From: Callorhinchus milii
Lineage: Eukaryota
Assembly (NCBI RefSeq): GCF_018977255.1
Contig: NW_024704743.1
Span: 4,590,001 to 4,654,000, forward strand
Length of the DNA: 64,000 bases
Direction: 5' to 3'
Position 1 is the stretch's first letter. Every line of letters starts with the position of its first letter. The translations under genes and the position numbers were made by a program. The notes beneath the pieces are model-generated. The model had not been told where the DNA came from, made no database searches, and saw nothing but the letters and a program-made list of their open reading frames with translations. Below are positions 62,996 through 64,000 of this stretch, one piece after another.

Positions 62996-63440
62996 TCAGC
63001 CAACCTGGCTCAGCTGGTAACACTCTGGCCTCCGAGCCCCGAGATTGTGAGTTTCAGCAAAAAGTTGAACAAGTTCAAGCCCCACATCTGGACTTGGAGC
63101 TCACAGCCTTCAGCTGACGGGCCCAATGCAGAGCTGAGTAGAGTATCGCCTTGTCGGAGGTGCCGTCCTGGAGATGAGACGTCAAACCGACAGCCTATCT
63201 GCCCATTCAGGAGGACTTTAAAGATCTCATGGCACCATTTGATAAAGAGAAGGGGTTTCTCCTGGTGTCCTAGCCAACAATCTCCCAGGTAAAACTGGCC
63301 ATTGACTTCATGCCTGTGGAAAATTGCTGTGCGCAATGTTGGCTGGCGCATTCACTGATAAAACACAATCCCTGCATTTTACAGGATATCCTTTGAAGTG
63401 CCCTCCTGACTTGAAAGGTGGTCTATCAAAAGTAAGGATT
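62996..63440 (+). mobile_element. Deu-domain SINE, full length, diverged
   Basis: A box tggctcagctgg, B box gttcaagccc, Deu core gtcggaggtgccgtcctggagatgagacgtcaaaccg, tail. Confidence 0.85.
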
Positions 63441-63689
63441 GGCTTATTTTACTTGCACCGATGCCCATTCACTGTTGAGTAGCTGCTGGGCACTCGCTGT
63501 CTAGACTTGCATGTGGAGAGTGGTCTGGTAACTTGAACCAACTACCAGATGGCTGCCTGCTCTAGTGGAGCGGTATCCCAACGTGAATCACCTTCACGGG
63601 GGGAAGAAGCTGCACAAAGTAGGTTGATTAATAACTCTACATTCCTTGAAACACGAGATACAAAGCTTGAAAGCAAACCACAATTTCCT

Positions 63690-63938
63690 ATTCAGCTCCA
63701 CCCCAAGTGACCATGCAACACACTGCTGCTCACACTAGTCTTCATTCGGATTTTCTGCCTCGATCCCTCCGCCTAGCTCACTCTTTGCCCATCTTCGCTT
63801 GATTGCACCTGAAGACTTTCCTCTTCGACTGTACCTACAATCACCATCCTTGGTTCAATGTCAAACTACGCCACAGTTAAGTGCTCGGAAATGCTATCCC
63901 GCGTGAAGGGCGCTAGATAAATGCAATTTGTCATTGTT
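63690..63938 (+). mobile_element. L2 LINE 3' end, diverged
   Basis: cctgaagactttcctcttcgac...gtgaagggcgctagataaatgcaa. Confidence 0.7.
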
Positions 63939-64000
63939 GAATATAATATCAAATACCAGGTGTCTTTAAGAGATCACCACTTTGTCACTTGGGTGGATTA

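Noticed and set aside
1..64000. CRISPR-like array or prokaryotic system suggested by recurrent palindromic 36-mers
   Set aside because: The repeats are dispersed SINE/L2 tails in both orientations at irregular spacing; there are no cas-like or operon-like ORFs.

Overview
Repeat-dense vertebrate genomic DNA with no long genuine ORF. It is most likely from a cartilaginous fish, probably a holocephalan such as elephant shark; this is inferred from the SINE/L2/CR1 repertoire and not proven. Much of the window is retroposon debris: (1) a young tRNA-Ala-headed SINE (called SINE-A here) and its longer, older relative (SINE-B); (2) an older Deu-domain SINE (SacSINE1/AmnSINE-like); (3) many 5'-truncated L2 3' ends; (4) CR1 fragments of several ages, one retaining a 279-aa RT-domain ORF. 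The unique DNA between repeats looks like a long intron of a large gene. One plausible 79-nt coding exon lies on the + strand (15984-16062, peptide EESVKFSYGLQSGPLPGSVTRNPVKP), but I cannot name the gene. I found no prokaryotic-type system (CRISPR, operon, phage) and no new protein-coding system that I can support. The best observations concern retroposon biology: a mosaic SINE architecture, a SINE/L2 3' stem-loop with a compensatory base pair, two multi-layer nested insertions that order the families in time, and a homology-guided SINE-in-SINE insertion. Also notable are an unclassified dispersed repeat, a ~140-nt hairpin and a CpG-rich ancient CR1 relic. Repeat boundaries were read by eye and are approximate, and family names come from recalled consensus sequences, not database searches.
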